From assembly GCF_964204645.1 (NCBI RefSeq), contig NC_134028.1, forward strand, positions 20,025,245-20,089,244: 64,000 bases of DNA, read 5' to 3'. Each line of letters begins with the position of its first letter. Within the stretch, counting starts at the first letter, position 1. The position numbers and the translations under genes are program-made. Below the pieces are notes generated by a model. The model was not told the DNA's origin, did not search any database, and saw nothing but the letters and a program-made list of their open reading frames with translations. Positions 22,415 to 35,300 of the stretch are shown piece by piece. This DNA is from Tubulanus polymorphus. Its lineage: Eukaryota; Animalia; Nemertea.

Positions 22415-22965
22415 CTGTAGGTGTGACCGATGTGTGGGCGTGTCTTCCAGCTGTCGCTAACAGCTGTGTCTGGCTGTACGGCAACGAACGCCATTTTTTA
22501 CATTCTTGTTCGCTGAGATATTTCTGACAGACGAGTGAATTAAACCTGAAGGCGTCCGGCCGGTATTAAATACTGTGACAGTGGTTTCTCTTTTGAGACG
22601 AGGTTTAACTGAGCCCGACTGTAAATCAACTGTTATAAAATCTCCCACAAAGCAATGCGAACGGGAAATAAGTCTGAAAATCGAATTACCTATAAACAAT
22701 ATCGATATCAACTCGCAAAACACTCAAATATGAAAATCTTTTCCTAGTTTCATCTTTCACGTCAAACATCGAAGCCATATCGAACGGGAGATTATTGTTC
22801 TGTCGCGTGCAATAGACATGCGCAATGGAACATACCGTAAACGGTTCGAATCCAATCATCTGAGGATTCCTCGGAAGTTTCCAATCCCGAATATAGACTT
22901 CCTACAACAACTTTCCAAGTTCTGTCCATCCCATGTAAATAGTTTTCCTCGGGATTTTATGGGTT
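22415..22965 (-). pseudogene. Decayed THAP-domain coding fragment (transposon-derived)
   Basis: Minus-strand pieces HKIP...W...RDWKLP and, after a ttttcag acceptor, RLISRSHCFVGDF...RLKRETTVTVF resemble THAP motifs; internal stops present. Confidence 0.35.
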
Positions 22966-24231
22966 TTAGAATTATTCTTTAACCATTTTTGTTATCAATC
23001 CCATACCCTCGGCCAATCAAAATTAACGGCTTAACTATTTTGCAGATATACATTTCATTTTTACAATATAATAATAGGCGTACTAGCAAAGTAGATAGAG
23101 TGATAATTGAAAATGCCATTTAAAATAGGTAGAATTTCCCCCAATCTGTTCCAGGAGTCAACTTTGTCAAAAGCCGCCATCTTTTGTGTCCCGGACTTGT
23201 AGCCGCCGATAATTGACCAGCTCCTGGCGCCACCTTTATCATCTTCGCCGTCGTTCCACCAAAAGGCAAGAAGTCAGGAATGTTGACCAGTGACCAGTCA
23301 GGTATGGCGTGAAATGTGGTGAAAATTAATGAATTGAGTCAGATCTCTGATGTTACACAGTTTACTCACTATGCGCTACAGGCATTTACTTTATTGAGTA
23401 CAGATTATATAATCAGCATTTCAAATGAAAATTTTACAAATGAAATACATTTGTATTTTGAAGAACATCAACCAAATACTGGTAATTTACAGATCGATTA
23501 TATGAAATACATTATAATTGGAAAGCATCAACCAAATACTGGTAATTAACCGATTGATGATATATAAGTGTTTTGGTGCAACTAAAAGATCTATTGATTG
23601 ATTTCGTGTGTCAGTAATTCATGAATCCTATCACATGTACATTATAACTAGATCTGTGTTCAGTTGGTTCTTTTAGTCTACGAGAGGTAAACTGACTGGG
23701 TTGGTTGTGATTATTAGCGGCACATGCTAATTGGTCGGTATCTACGCCTTACAATAGAATAAGCGATTACGATACTTTGACAGTAACTGTTTGTAACTCT
23801 AAGCGAAACTGCGTCTTGCATTTTGTTTCGCTGTCGCATCCGAAATTTGGATGGTAACACGAGATCAGCGTTCTCAATACACATCTATCCGAAAGTGTTT
23901 TGTAATTTTGCGGGTATAGCTTTGCTCTTCGTCGGGTACTATAATTTCCTATTCTTTTCACTGAGAAACACAGCTCTTTTGAAGGACGATTAACTATGAA
24001 ATGGACCCGCGCCATTTACATCCGTCGTTATTTCGATGTCTTAGTTTGATCGCATCCATGAAGAAAATTGATTTCAGAAAAATCCGTTTAAAATGTTGCA
24101 AACTCTGCACCCTCTGTATTCTGATTGCTATTGTGGTAGTCAACTATAAACGTTATCGAGTGATGATGAACCAGGTTTGAAAATAAATAGTCAGCCTAAA
24201 AAGCAACCTAACTTTCAGTCTCGAATTTCAC

Positions 24232-25254
24232 TTATCTAGAAAACAACCAAACACCGGAAACAACCATAACGAATATTATCATATCTATACTATAGATGGG
24301 AGCGCTATTGCATTCGTCGGTGGTGCAGCATTTCGGTTCAACAGACTTAGTGCTGTTTGGTAGAGGATATTCGCTTTTACAATTTTTGAAACAGCCCCGA
24401 ATAAACACTGAACTTTCGTATTGCAATTTCTGAAATGAAACGAACAGTAACGAATTCTGAAACCGATGAACGTATCAACGAAATTCACCGGGGTGATTAC
24501 TGTAAATCATTACTTACCCCGCACTGATAACCGCGGCTGAGGGGACACGTTGTGCTATGAACATCATCGCTGGTTTCACAGCCGTCGGTAAAATATGACC
24601 GTTTTCCGATGTCGTTTGTGTTGTTTCTTTTCAAAAGAACTGAAACAGATGAAACAAATTAACTGTCGGGGGGCTCAACAGATTAGGCACGAATGACGCC
24701 AGTAAGTTTGTTTTTAAGTTGGGCGTCGTTATTTTGTCTCCGCTTGTTAGGAAGATGCGTCACAAGACTGCATTGAAAATGTCTACATCTATATTGATTT
24801 CGATTAAAAAATGCGAATAAAGATAAACTTACTACTGTCAATAGCAAATTGTTTCATCGCATCATATACTGCCTTATAACCGTCTTTATGATATTCACAA
24901 TCGTAGCATCTCATTACAGTTGCTGTCACTGAAAATAAGGATAACTGAGATTTAGAAAAAATTAGATGAAATACTTACCGTCAATAGCGAACTGTTTCAT
25001 TGTATTATATTCTGCCTTATAACGGCTTTTATACACACGAGAGTGGCATGTCAGACTTTAAACAACTGTTGTCGAAAACGAAGATGATATGAGATGAAAT
25101 AAAAAAAACAATTGAGATGAAATGAGTTTTTACGAATTAAGCTGCATTTGAAGTGGACAGTATATTGTGGGGCTGGCTAAAATACAAACTCACCCTGAGC
25201 AAACAGAACCAGTAAAGCTGTCGCGACCGTAAACATAATCTGTAACTGATTCAT
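24232..25254 (-). CDS. Ly6/uPAR (three-finger, quiver/sleepless-like) GPI-anchored protein, 4 coding exons
   Basis: Exons 25194-25254, 24833-24928, 24518-24639 and 24232-24429 have GT-AG sites and consistent phases. Signal peptide MNQLQIMFTVATALLVLFAQ, RCYDC, RGC, CCTTDECN (10 Cys) and a hydrophobic C-terminal tail. Confidence 0.9.
24979..25065 (-). pseudogene. Duplicated pseudo-exon 2 of the Ly6 gene
   Basis: Reads VV*SLTCHSRVYKSRYKAEYNTMKQFAID vs exon 2 VTATVMRCYDCEYHKDGYKAVYDAMKQFAIDS. Splice sites are intact, but it has an in-frame TAA and a lost Cys. Confidence 0.8.
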
Positions 25255-26879
25255 CCTGCTATGTTCCGTCTGTCGTCTGTCACTTGTAGACCTGCTGTCG
25301 TCTGTCAACATGGGTTTGCGCTGTTTTATGGCGCTCTCTTCCCCCGGACACCATTTGGGCTTCGCAAAATATGTTTCTTTGAAATATGTTTCTTTATTCT
25401 TTGAAATTGGTCATTTAGAAATAAATGAAATTTCAGATTTGTTATCATTATCTTTTTTGGTAACAATTTGAGATCAATTGTAGCGAGAACAATAAAAGTT
25501 TAATTTACCAAAGCAATTTTAGATTTAAAGAGAAAATTCCATAAACTGCACTACTCCTTATTGAAATTTAGAATAAAATATCCCCGCTGATTAAAAGGCA
25601 AAAATCTGTAATACATGAAAAAGTTAAAACGATTTTCTTTTCGTTCGACTGAAAAAAAAATTGATAGGACTCCTTGAAGATATTCTTGAAAATTAGCCTT
25701 TGAAGATATAGATTTTTACCATTCGTCAAATTGAAATCTATATGTAATTTGATGATCTTGAATATTTTCTTCTTTGCACAACAGGATAAGATAATTCCAT
25801 TTTTCTACAAAGATTTAATCGTTGAAATGAATATATATATATATATTGGATTCAAACGTCGTGCAAGATTTAATTTGATTTCGTTGAGTCAGTAAACTAA
25901 CTGTAGGAGTGCAAATAGGGAAATAAACTGAATGAAAAAAGTAAGATAAGTGTTCAAAAGAAACTATGCAGAACTTCAATAAGAAAATTACGGACTGTGA
26001 AAAGATCTCCATAGATATAAATATTATTGACCAACAACTGTAGAGATCTGAACACGAGTGTGTTCTGTGCCTATGTTGACTTCAAAATTAAAGCATTGAT
26101 TCCATTTGTTTTCGAATAATTCAGCAGAGGAAATAAGTTGACGAAGAATACGTAGCAGTGTGGCCCCTACAAAAAATATTTGCCCTTCACGGGCAGTCCG
26201 ACGATTGGTGTCACTATCATCCGAGTATCGAGTGGAAAAAAGCTTTGTGACATAAGATTGCACTAGCACGGCGGACAAAAGATAAAGATTACCTACTTGC
26301 CCTGGTGAGAATATACTTGTCCCGGGCAATCGGACAAGTGCTTAGATCGGACCCTGAAGTCGCTGGAGACAAAAATCGAGCAAGTTTTTCCGATTATTAA
26401 CTAAATATTCAGTGAAATCTGTAACATACACTGAGTGAGAAAAGGAATCGTATATCTATTCGATGCCTCGTTTGATAAATGTCGGGCACGGAAGCCTAAA
26501 AATCAACTAACTTTCATTGAAAATGAACTGATTTTCACTACGAATGACCCAATGTTTTTATGCGCCATCTGTTAGTGCCAGTGTCCCATTATTCTTTAGT
26601 GATCAGGGGCTTATCAATCACGTCGAATAGCCCAAACTGTTCAGGCGTGGAGAGAGGGGATGGCATTTTTATGTTCTCTTTATGTCCATGGACTATCTGG
26701 CCTGGTAAAAAGTTGCTTGGTCATTGTTAATTGCGCTTACGGTGCAGGAGGGAGTCACGAACGCTTAAAAACTCACAATCAATGATAAACAGCATTCCGG
26801 GAAATGTATTCTTATCATAATCGGTGCGGAGCAGAATACAAATGGGAATAGTGTATATTTATGAAATCTATTTTGTATC

Positions 26880-27065
26880 TTATGGTGATATTTAGGGGTT
26901 AAGACCCCCTAATCAGTGGTATACTCCTGACCTAAAGGATGTATCGAACAAATCCTTACAGTGATGAATTGAAACTCTGCCCCGGATCGAAACCCTGCCA
27001 TGGTGGGCACATCCAACCTGTCAATATGTGATGGTGCGCACTAGACGCGGTACAAACAGCTATTA
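26880..27065 (-). mobile_element. tRNA-derived SINE (degenerate)
   Basis: Minus strand ...GCGTCTAGTGCGCACCA...GCAGGGTTTCGATCCGGGGC has a Leu/Ser-tRNA-like layout with a B box. Confidence 0.45.
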
Positions 27066-28385
27066 GTTTGTATGAAAAGTACCCCGTATAGACGGTTGAA
27101 GCGTTTTCACACTAGATGAAAAACATATTCATTCAATTCCCTGTGTACTTAGTCGGATGTCTCAATTCAATTCTAGTTTTTCACTTATCATAATTATTAG
27201 ATTGGTTTTCAATGTATAAACTATTCACGGAGATGTCTGTAGGTTGTTACGTATATTCTTAATATACATTTTATTTAATTTCAGTTAAAAAACCTCGAAT
27301 AAAATCTCGTGGAATCCCTAGAAACTAGATCTCATAAGGCGTTATGTTGTTTATTTCATTGCTAGGGCTCTGTGTGATAACTGTGGTCAGTTTTTAACCT
27401 AAAAGACTTCATGAATCAAAGCAATTGGAGATATTACTAATTAAATCCTCAAGATGTTTATCAGATTTTAACACTAAACTAATGCAACAACGGTCCACGT
27501 AGTCTTGACACATGAATCGCATAATACGCGAGTGCCTATAATGGGTGATATGAAATTCTACCCAAATATCAGAGATGTCTAATGGGTTATATTTATATGC
27601 TATTTTTCAACTTCGATAGGCTCCTTCTAGTTAGTTACCTAATCGTTGGTGGTAAGCTTTTTATAATCGGATGGGCTTATACCAACGTTAGGGATGACAA
27701 GGGCCAAAACACGTTTGAAAAAAGTAACACTTCCAAAATATACTTTCTATTGAGTTCAGTCCACAATTAATGGCTTAAATCATAAACTAACACAGGTACC
27801 TTTTGAAATAATCCAATATTATGTATGTTTCGAGCGATTAATCAACATTATTTCGAGAAATTAATTAATTTCTCCACAAATTTCGCCATTGGCCGCCATT
27901 TCTCTGTATTGCATACATGTGGCATGATAGACTAGGTGACCTACAAGGATTTATATAAAACTTTCAAACGCTACGACAATTTTTATTTTTGTTAGTTTTC
28001 CAACTAATATTTCAAATCTTCGTGTTTTCCATAATAGATAATGAAAAAATAAATTCTGGTTGAAAAAATTTGAATTAGTGTTGATTTCTTAATTTTTTCA
28101 ATTTCGTCGTTTCATTTCGTTAGTTTGTGTTATTGTGCTGGCCTCAGTACACAGGTGCCAGCACCCTCCATACGTTTTCAAAATGGCCGCCGTCGAATCG
28201 TTTACTCTCACTTTACGGCCGATTTTCACATGGATTAAGATCGTCAGGTGAGGTGTTGTAGGTATCAAACAAACTACGAATCTGTTGTGCGTTGATTACA
28301 ACAAAAATTAGACGGATATCTTAAGAGACAATGAAATGCCAGGCAAATTACTCAAAAAAATTTCATTGAAAAATGACCTTCCCAT

Positions 28386-28480
28386 TCCTGACTGTGGTTT
28401 GTGAAAACAGGGAGGTGGGAGTTCACTCCCACCTCCCTTGTGAAAATATCCGATCGTGAAACTAAACCACAGTCAGGTTA
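28386..28480. mobile_element. Small MITE
   Basis: TIR CCTGACTGTGGTTT / AAACCACAGTCAGG with internal hairpin GGGAGGTGGGAGT-TC-ACTCCCACCTCCC. Confidence 0.65.
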
Positions 28481-29310
28481 CTGACTAGGCTCCTTCTTAC
28501 TCGATATCGCTCAACCAGTTAGCCGGGGCGAACCTTGCCTTGTGTTTGTTGGACGATACAAATAAAAATACTCAATTGCTTTATAAGACCCTACTCGATA
28601 GAACAAAAAATTCGATGATATATTCTTTGAAAATGGTTAAATTATCTCATCATCCATGGTAAATTAAAATTCGACCTGGTATTCAATTGTGGATACATGA
28701 ATCTTTATGAACTATTCATAAGAGGCAAAAACAATGATATAATTCAGTTGTTGTATCGTCGGACGAATATTGATCGATTTAGCCCGATTCTAACGTGGAA
28801 AATCAAATTCCAACATATTAAATTTCATGCATTTATTTCGAGAAGAAGCAAATTTTAAGAATACATTGCAATGAAAAATTAGTCATTGAGAATTGTAGAT
28901 TGCATAAATTATGAAAATATTTACACGACTCAAGAGCGATCAATAATCAAAACAGATTTTTAACGGATATGGACTCATACCGGTCCACTTAGAGCAAAAA
29001 AAACACTCAAGTTCAATGCAAATATAATGTTAATGGAAGGTAAAGTATGTTTTGTAAATGATTCGGGCCTCTTACACTACTGTCCGTTGTAGTGACTGAC
29101 TGAGTATAACGGCCGAGTCGGAGCCTTCTCAACGGATCCCTTCACACTACCATCCTGTAGCGAGTGACTGAGTCGAGGATCAGTCGAGTTATTGGATATC
29201 TCAGGTCAACTTCACTTCATGGTTTTCGAGCAATGCAAATAGAATTATTATCAACATAATGTGCAGTAATTCAAACGAGACTTTAAGAAATGTCTTAAAT
29301 CTTTCAGCGT

Positions 29311-32300
29311 TTAACTGATGATGATATTTCGTTTTTTAGATTTTTCCGACGACTTCTTCATTTCCTCCAGTTCGGCCATTACGTCTTTGCTGTCGGCTTG
29401 TTTTTTAATGTAGTTCTCCAGCCTGTCGATGATCAAATCGACTCGGTTCGAAAGCTCGCGGCACTTCTCATCCGCGCTGTCTTGGGCTCCTGTAAACCGA
29501 ACACATCAAATCCACATATACCTCAGTGTAAGGAGGAAGATCAACGGATATTTGGATGTTGTTTGAGGTTGAAAAACAGCAGAAACTGTTTATCAAATTC
29601 AAAGGATATTCTGAAAAAAACTATGCAAGGAATCTGTGAGGGAAATGTATAAACATTCAGTTCATGAGGATAAGTTGCGTTGAAAATTAGATTATAAACT
29701 GAAATTTGTAGAATTGGTCATTATACTACTTTTGGTATAAATAACGAGACGAGTAGTAACTATATAGGTTATCTATTAATTTGACGCACAAGCTTTCGCT
29801 ACTTAGCATAGAAGCTTCATCAGGTGAATGAGAATGAATTGAATACTTTTGGTATATACGTATACGAATGTTGCATGTATTTGTTTACATTTTACGTATA
29901 TTTACTGATTTTAATAACTGGGGAATATTTCTTTTATATTTCACCAAGCTTCTCGAGGAATTAAACAACCTATAGTATAGGTATTTCGAAGCTAGTTCCT
30001 CGAGCGAATAATTGATTGGTGAGACTCCATATATAAATAAAACCCACAACCGATAATCTAGGTTCTAGTCAAATTAGTTCAAGAACTGTGAAACTAGTCT
30101 CGAATAAAGCCAATCTGCAAATGTACTGTAGAACTTAAATCCTGTCTTACAAACACAAAATAACAAACCCAATTTCGCAAACAGCCGCGGAACGTGAAAA
30201 ATTTGGGTTTATCGTTTGATTGTTATAGTTTTATTAATGTTGATGATATGCTATAAAGATTATACCATATATCAAGCTAGCATTATGTAGATAAATGTAT
30301 CCAAGAAATAAATAGATTAGTTTACCTTCCAAATATTCCAACCGGCATTCTGTGGGATTCCCTTCTATTCTAGTCATACCGATGGCTTTTTTGAGTGACT
30401 GCATCATAAAATCAACAATTTCATACTCGTTCGCTTGTCCAGCTATGCAATCCATCGCGTACGTGTAGCCCTCCAAAATGATCGCAACCATGAAGTTAAC
30501 CATCATGAAATTTACGATGATAACGAATGCCACGAACATTAGCGGAGCCATCACGGGACTGACTGCCTGCATTCGTCGGAAATTGAATTTATCTAGAATG
30601 GAGGTATATACTAGATTGAAACGTTATACAACTTAAATAATTTGGGCGTGAGAATGGTCGATTCGGAAACCTCAAAATGGACCCCCCTCCCCGTCACTTA
30701 AGCGCAACGTACACGACGCGGTGAAACACAGAAACAGGAAGCACGTGTTTCCCGTGTTTCTCTGTTGTATTTCCCTTTTGTGTTTCAAGCCCAATACATA
30801 CGACAAACGAAAACACGTTTGACCTCGGAAACATCTTTTCCCGAAACAATGTTTATCGTTTCTTGTAAACGCTAGTGATCGAGAGAAACGCCCAGAAACA
30901 CGTTTCTATCACCTGTTTTCCCAGTGCTGCGTTCGTTGGGCTTTAATAGAGACCGAATGGGTGACACCCAAATCCGTAACGTCCGGATGGAACCCTCTGA
31001 ACCTATATCCCTATAGTAGAACATCATTCAGTGAGATCCTAGTAATAACACTTACTTAACATCATGTTCAATAATGTCTCCATACTAGCTATGAACGTTG
31101 AATATTCTCTTAAACGGACCATGAACTTCAGGTGACACAAACTAACAAATCCGAAAAACAGAACTAAGAACACGACCATAAATCGCATTAGTGGCCAGGA
31201 CAACCACTTCATCATCAAGGCCAGGGCGCAAATTCTTTTGTTAAATCGCAGGAGTTTCAGCCCTTGAAGTGTCGATAGGAATACGATCATTGCGAGTAAA
31301 TAAACCGACAACTGTAAATATAGACAGATCTCTTTTAACATTATACAAACAGATAACAATCACAAACGTTACATAGTTTATCATTTCCTCATTTCGTTAG
31401 TTTTATTCTGTGAAAATTACCTCGTCGTACAAAACGACATAGTCAAGATTTATGAATTTGGTCCTGTCCACCATCATTTCAGCCATCGCGTACGCCCCGA
31501 AGAATCTCACTATTTGCATGAATATGGCCACAAATCCCATGAGAATCACCGCAAACTCGTAAACATCCCAAAATGACTGTAAAGAAAACGAACTTGAACG
31601 TTTATTGACGCCTTAAAATAACGCATATATTGCCTTAAATATTGTCGACAACAAATAATTCGTTATAAATTATACAATATCAATGATCAAGAAAGTTATT
31701 TCGGATTTTAATATATCGATTATTGAATTGAATTGACTGGCAACCAGTCTAACACCGATTTATTGATGACTTAGTCCGCATCTTCAAAAAACTATTTATT
31801 GAAATTTATCAAAAATAAAATGAGAATCATGAAACATATCTAATCAGAAAGGAATTCCAAAATTCACAGTTTTAATTGTTATTTTGCAACGCCAATATTG
31901 ATGACGTAGTACACATCGACTCAAAACAGAACGCCTTGTATAACGCAATCATATAAACATTATTGTAAAGGTTTTGACGGCGTCAAAAGCCAGATAACGA
32001 ATAGTTAGATAGTGAGTTATTCGAAAAAAAAGAAATTCAGTCAAATCCGATGCAAAAAATTTCGTCTCCGTTCTAATCTTCATATGTTCACGCATTTTAT
32101 ACTTACATTAAAATATTGACGTCGACCGATTTTCCGCAGTCTCTTCGAAGCGCGCACCGCGAAGTAGATTAAGAACCCGAGAAAAATGAATTGGAAAAAG
32201 AACATCACTGAGTTCGTCGGTGTCATTCCTTTCTCCAGGCGCATTACTGTCACTTTATACTTTGTAAACGCCCCTGAATTGAGAGCACGATTCTGAATCA

Positions 32301-35300
32301 AACAATTGCATCAAGTGATATGGATTTTTTAATTGGGAATACAATTGGTTTTTTTCGATATTTGTTCATCTCAACACGTTTTCAACGGGCTTCGTGATAT
32401 GGTGGCTACTACGGGCTCATACACATAGACAAAATTCGATATCTTTCAAATATGAAATAAAATATACTTATATAAAAATGCAATCAATGAATCTTGAATT
32501 TGATAGGAAAACAATATTGGAGTTTTTGTCGACAGATAACCTTGATTTACAACTGTCTATAGTCAGGACTGTAATGTAGTCCATTGATCGGGCGCAGCCA
32601 TATTGCATTAATAATCATAAGCTCCTCTTTATATTCACTATGTATGTGATTACCTCCACTATTTAGGAATTCCACGAGGAGAAACGCCACACCATACAAG
32701 CGAACGTTGTTGTTGTAAAGCAAAAACTCGATGATGATACATCTTGTATTCTTATCCAACCAGTTTCCAGCTTTAATCGTTTTTAGAGTGCGCAGAGCTT
32801 GTTTCGGCTGCGTTCCCAAATTCACTACGTAACCGCCACCGGAGTACGTGGCAAATTTCCCAGACGTAGGCGAACCCTTGAGTTTCCAGGCCGACGAGTA
32901 ACCGAACCCATAATCCGGTTTATCGTTTGGATCTAGAATATCGAAATCTCTACATGTAAATTCAAGAAAATATAAACAACGTCCAAATCTAAAATTGACG
33001 TCGAGAGAATTGATTTCATTCGAATCATTAATGCGGGCATTTTATACGGGGGGGGGGGGGGGGTTACGGCATCTGCCATCATTTCTCGAAGGAGCGATGG
33101 AATTCACTTTCAGGCTGGAACTACGCACTATGCATACATTAATATCTTATTTGCATATTGAATTAGATACTCATTTTCCAGATGGCGTGTATTCACCTGA
33201 TTTATTAACGGGAATCCATCCAGCTTTGTAATTCCCTTCTTCTTGGCTAAACATACTATAGCTAGGCCGGCACACATCACCAAATAACCGATCTAATCTC
33301 GAGTTACATGCGACTAAAACGATATTTACTACTAAAATGAATGTATAAGTACGTAAAAAGTTTATTTGGAAACGAAATTAAAGCAACTGTTCTCGATTAC
33401 CGATGAACATATGAGTTGTATCTTTTAGAACCAATAGCGATTTAGCCAAAACGGGAAAACTTACCAGGTTTTGTTCGTAACTGACGTAGACGTGGAACGC
33501 AGACTCTCAACGCCTGTCGATCAACGATGTAATTCTTATATTTGTACCAATCATCACCCGGGAACATATCGTACCCGAACATTCCAGGCACCAGCGATTT
33601 TTCGGCGTAATCCCAAAACTGATCGAAATTCCTCACCTGCAGAAACAGGCAACGAAAGTGACCGATGAAAACGTATCATAAGAAAATAAGAAATAAGATA
33701 CCCCGAAATGCTGAGTATTTCATAGTAGAGTATAGTATACTATAGTAGTTTACTTGTCACCATCAATATGTAGAAAATGAATACCTTAAAACAAAATAGG
33801 TTACAGACATTGAAGTGACAGGAGTCCGAGTAGAGCAATAAAGGTTGTATTTAAAAGGATGTTCAGGCACCTCGACATAAAAACGAACAAATAAAATAAA
33901 AGAAATGAAAAGGGATGAAACGATGAAAAATGAAGATAAATTTATGTCATGCGGAAGTCTCTCTGAATGAAAATATATTTTAAAGTGTACATCAATCAAG
34001 TAGCTTACTACTTACGAGGGTGCTGATGGTTGGGGCGGATTTAATGAGTGCAGGTTGGCTTTGCCAAATTGGAGGAACTTTACAGAGGAACGGCTTATTG
34101 AAAATGCTAGTTTCGCGGGCCTAGATTCTGGGGTGGTTTCGAGCTCTGGTATTATATCTGTGATTAAATGAATTCCAATTAAATATATTTAAAATTTGTT
34201 GCGGAAGTTAGCTATTCACAAATCCGTATGCAAGTTTGATAAGTTCCAAGTTTATCATATCTTCGAATTTCGGAATCTGGATCTTTTTACAAAGAGGCAT
34301 CTCATTAGTTTAAGGGTTTATTAGAGGGTATTAAAAACGATCAAATTGCTCACAACCATAAAAAACTCACGGCGGATAAGGCATAAGTTCCAACGGTGTT
34401 GTTTCTGGTGTATCTATCGTTGTAGAAGATGTTCTCTATGTCTTTATAGAAATAGTGAGATCTCGTATCTCGATTTTCATAAGACAAAACCATCAGAATT
34501 CCAACATATATCGTGTAGAATATGATCTCCCAGATAATGTTCACCATTTCAATTTCCTTAAGCCTAAAAGAGATGAGAATTGACCATGTTAACACGACAA
34601 AGAACAAGGTTGCAGTTTTGCGGGTAGGATCGGGGAAAAGAACTGAAATATTTATGTATGTCATTCCAACCATGAGTTAAATTTCGCTTACGGCTGATGA
34701 ACCACGTTTTAACTGGCTGCTTAGCGTTTAAACCAAACAACAAATGAACTGTTACTACGATTCCGACTAAAAAGCATTTGGTCCTAAGTGTGAATACCAT
34801 GTATCTCTGCCTTTGTCATCTTTATTGGAACATGGATTCTTGATTCCATGATTGGAATGGCCTACAGTCTATTCCCTCTTATTCCAGGTAGCTTTTAGTT
34901 CCTCACCATGTATATATGTCTTCAGTTTATCGAGGCTGTCATCTGACTTGATTTGTTTTGATTTATCTCTATTGCCTAAATTGTATTCATTCGTACGTAC
35001 CTCTTATCCCTGGCAGCTTTAAGTTCTTCCTCGTCCGGCGGCAGTGGTATGGCTTTATATCGAGCGATTTTTTCTTTAATATCAGGCGAGTTGCAGTAAG
35101 GATCGTGCAACCACTCCTCGTTGTCCTTGACGCTGTTGTCGTACTCGCTCTCGTCCGGTTCCTCAAGGTCGGGTTTCTTGATGATCAGGGCGTAAAGAAG
35201 GGCCAAAAACAAAACCTGAAAAATGTCAAGGGAAGTGAAATGACAATGAAACGATCATTCATCTACTGAATGAAAAAACGAAAAAAAGAGAAATATAATA

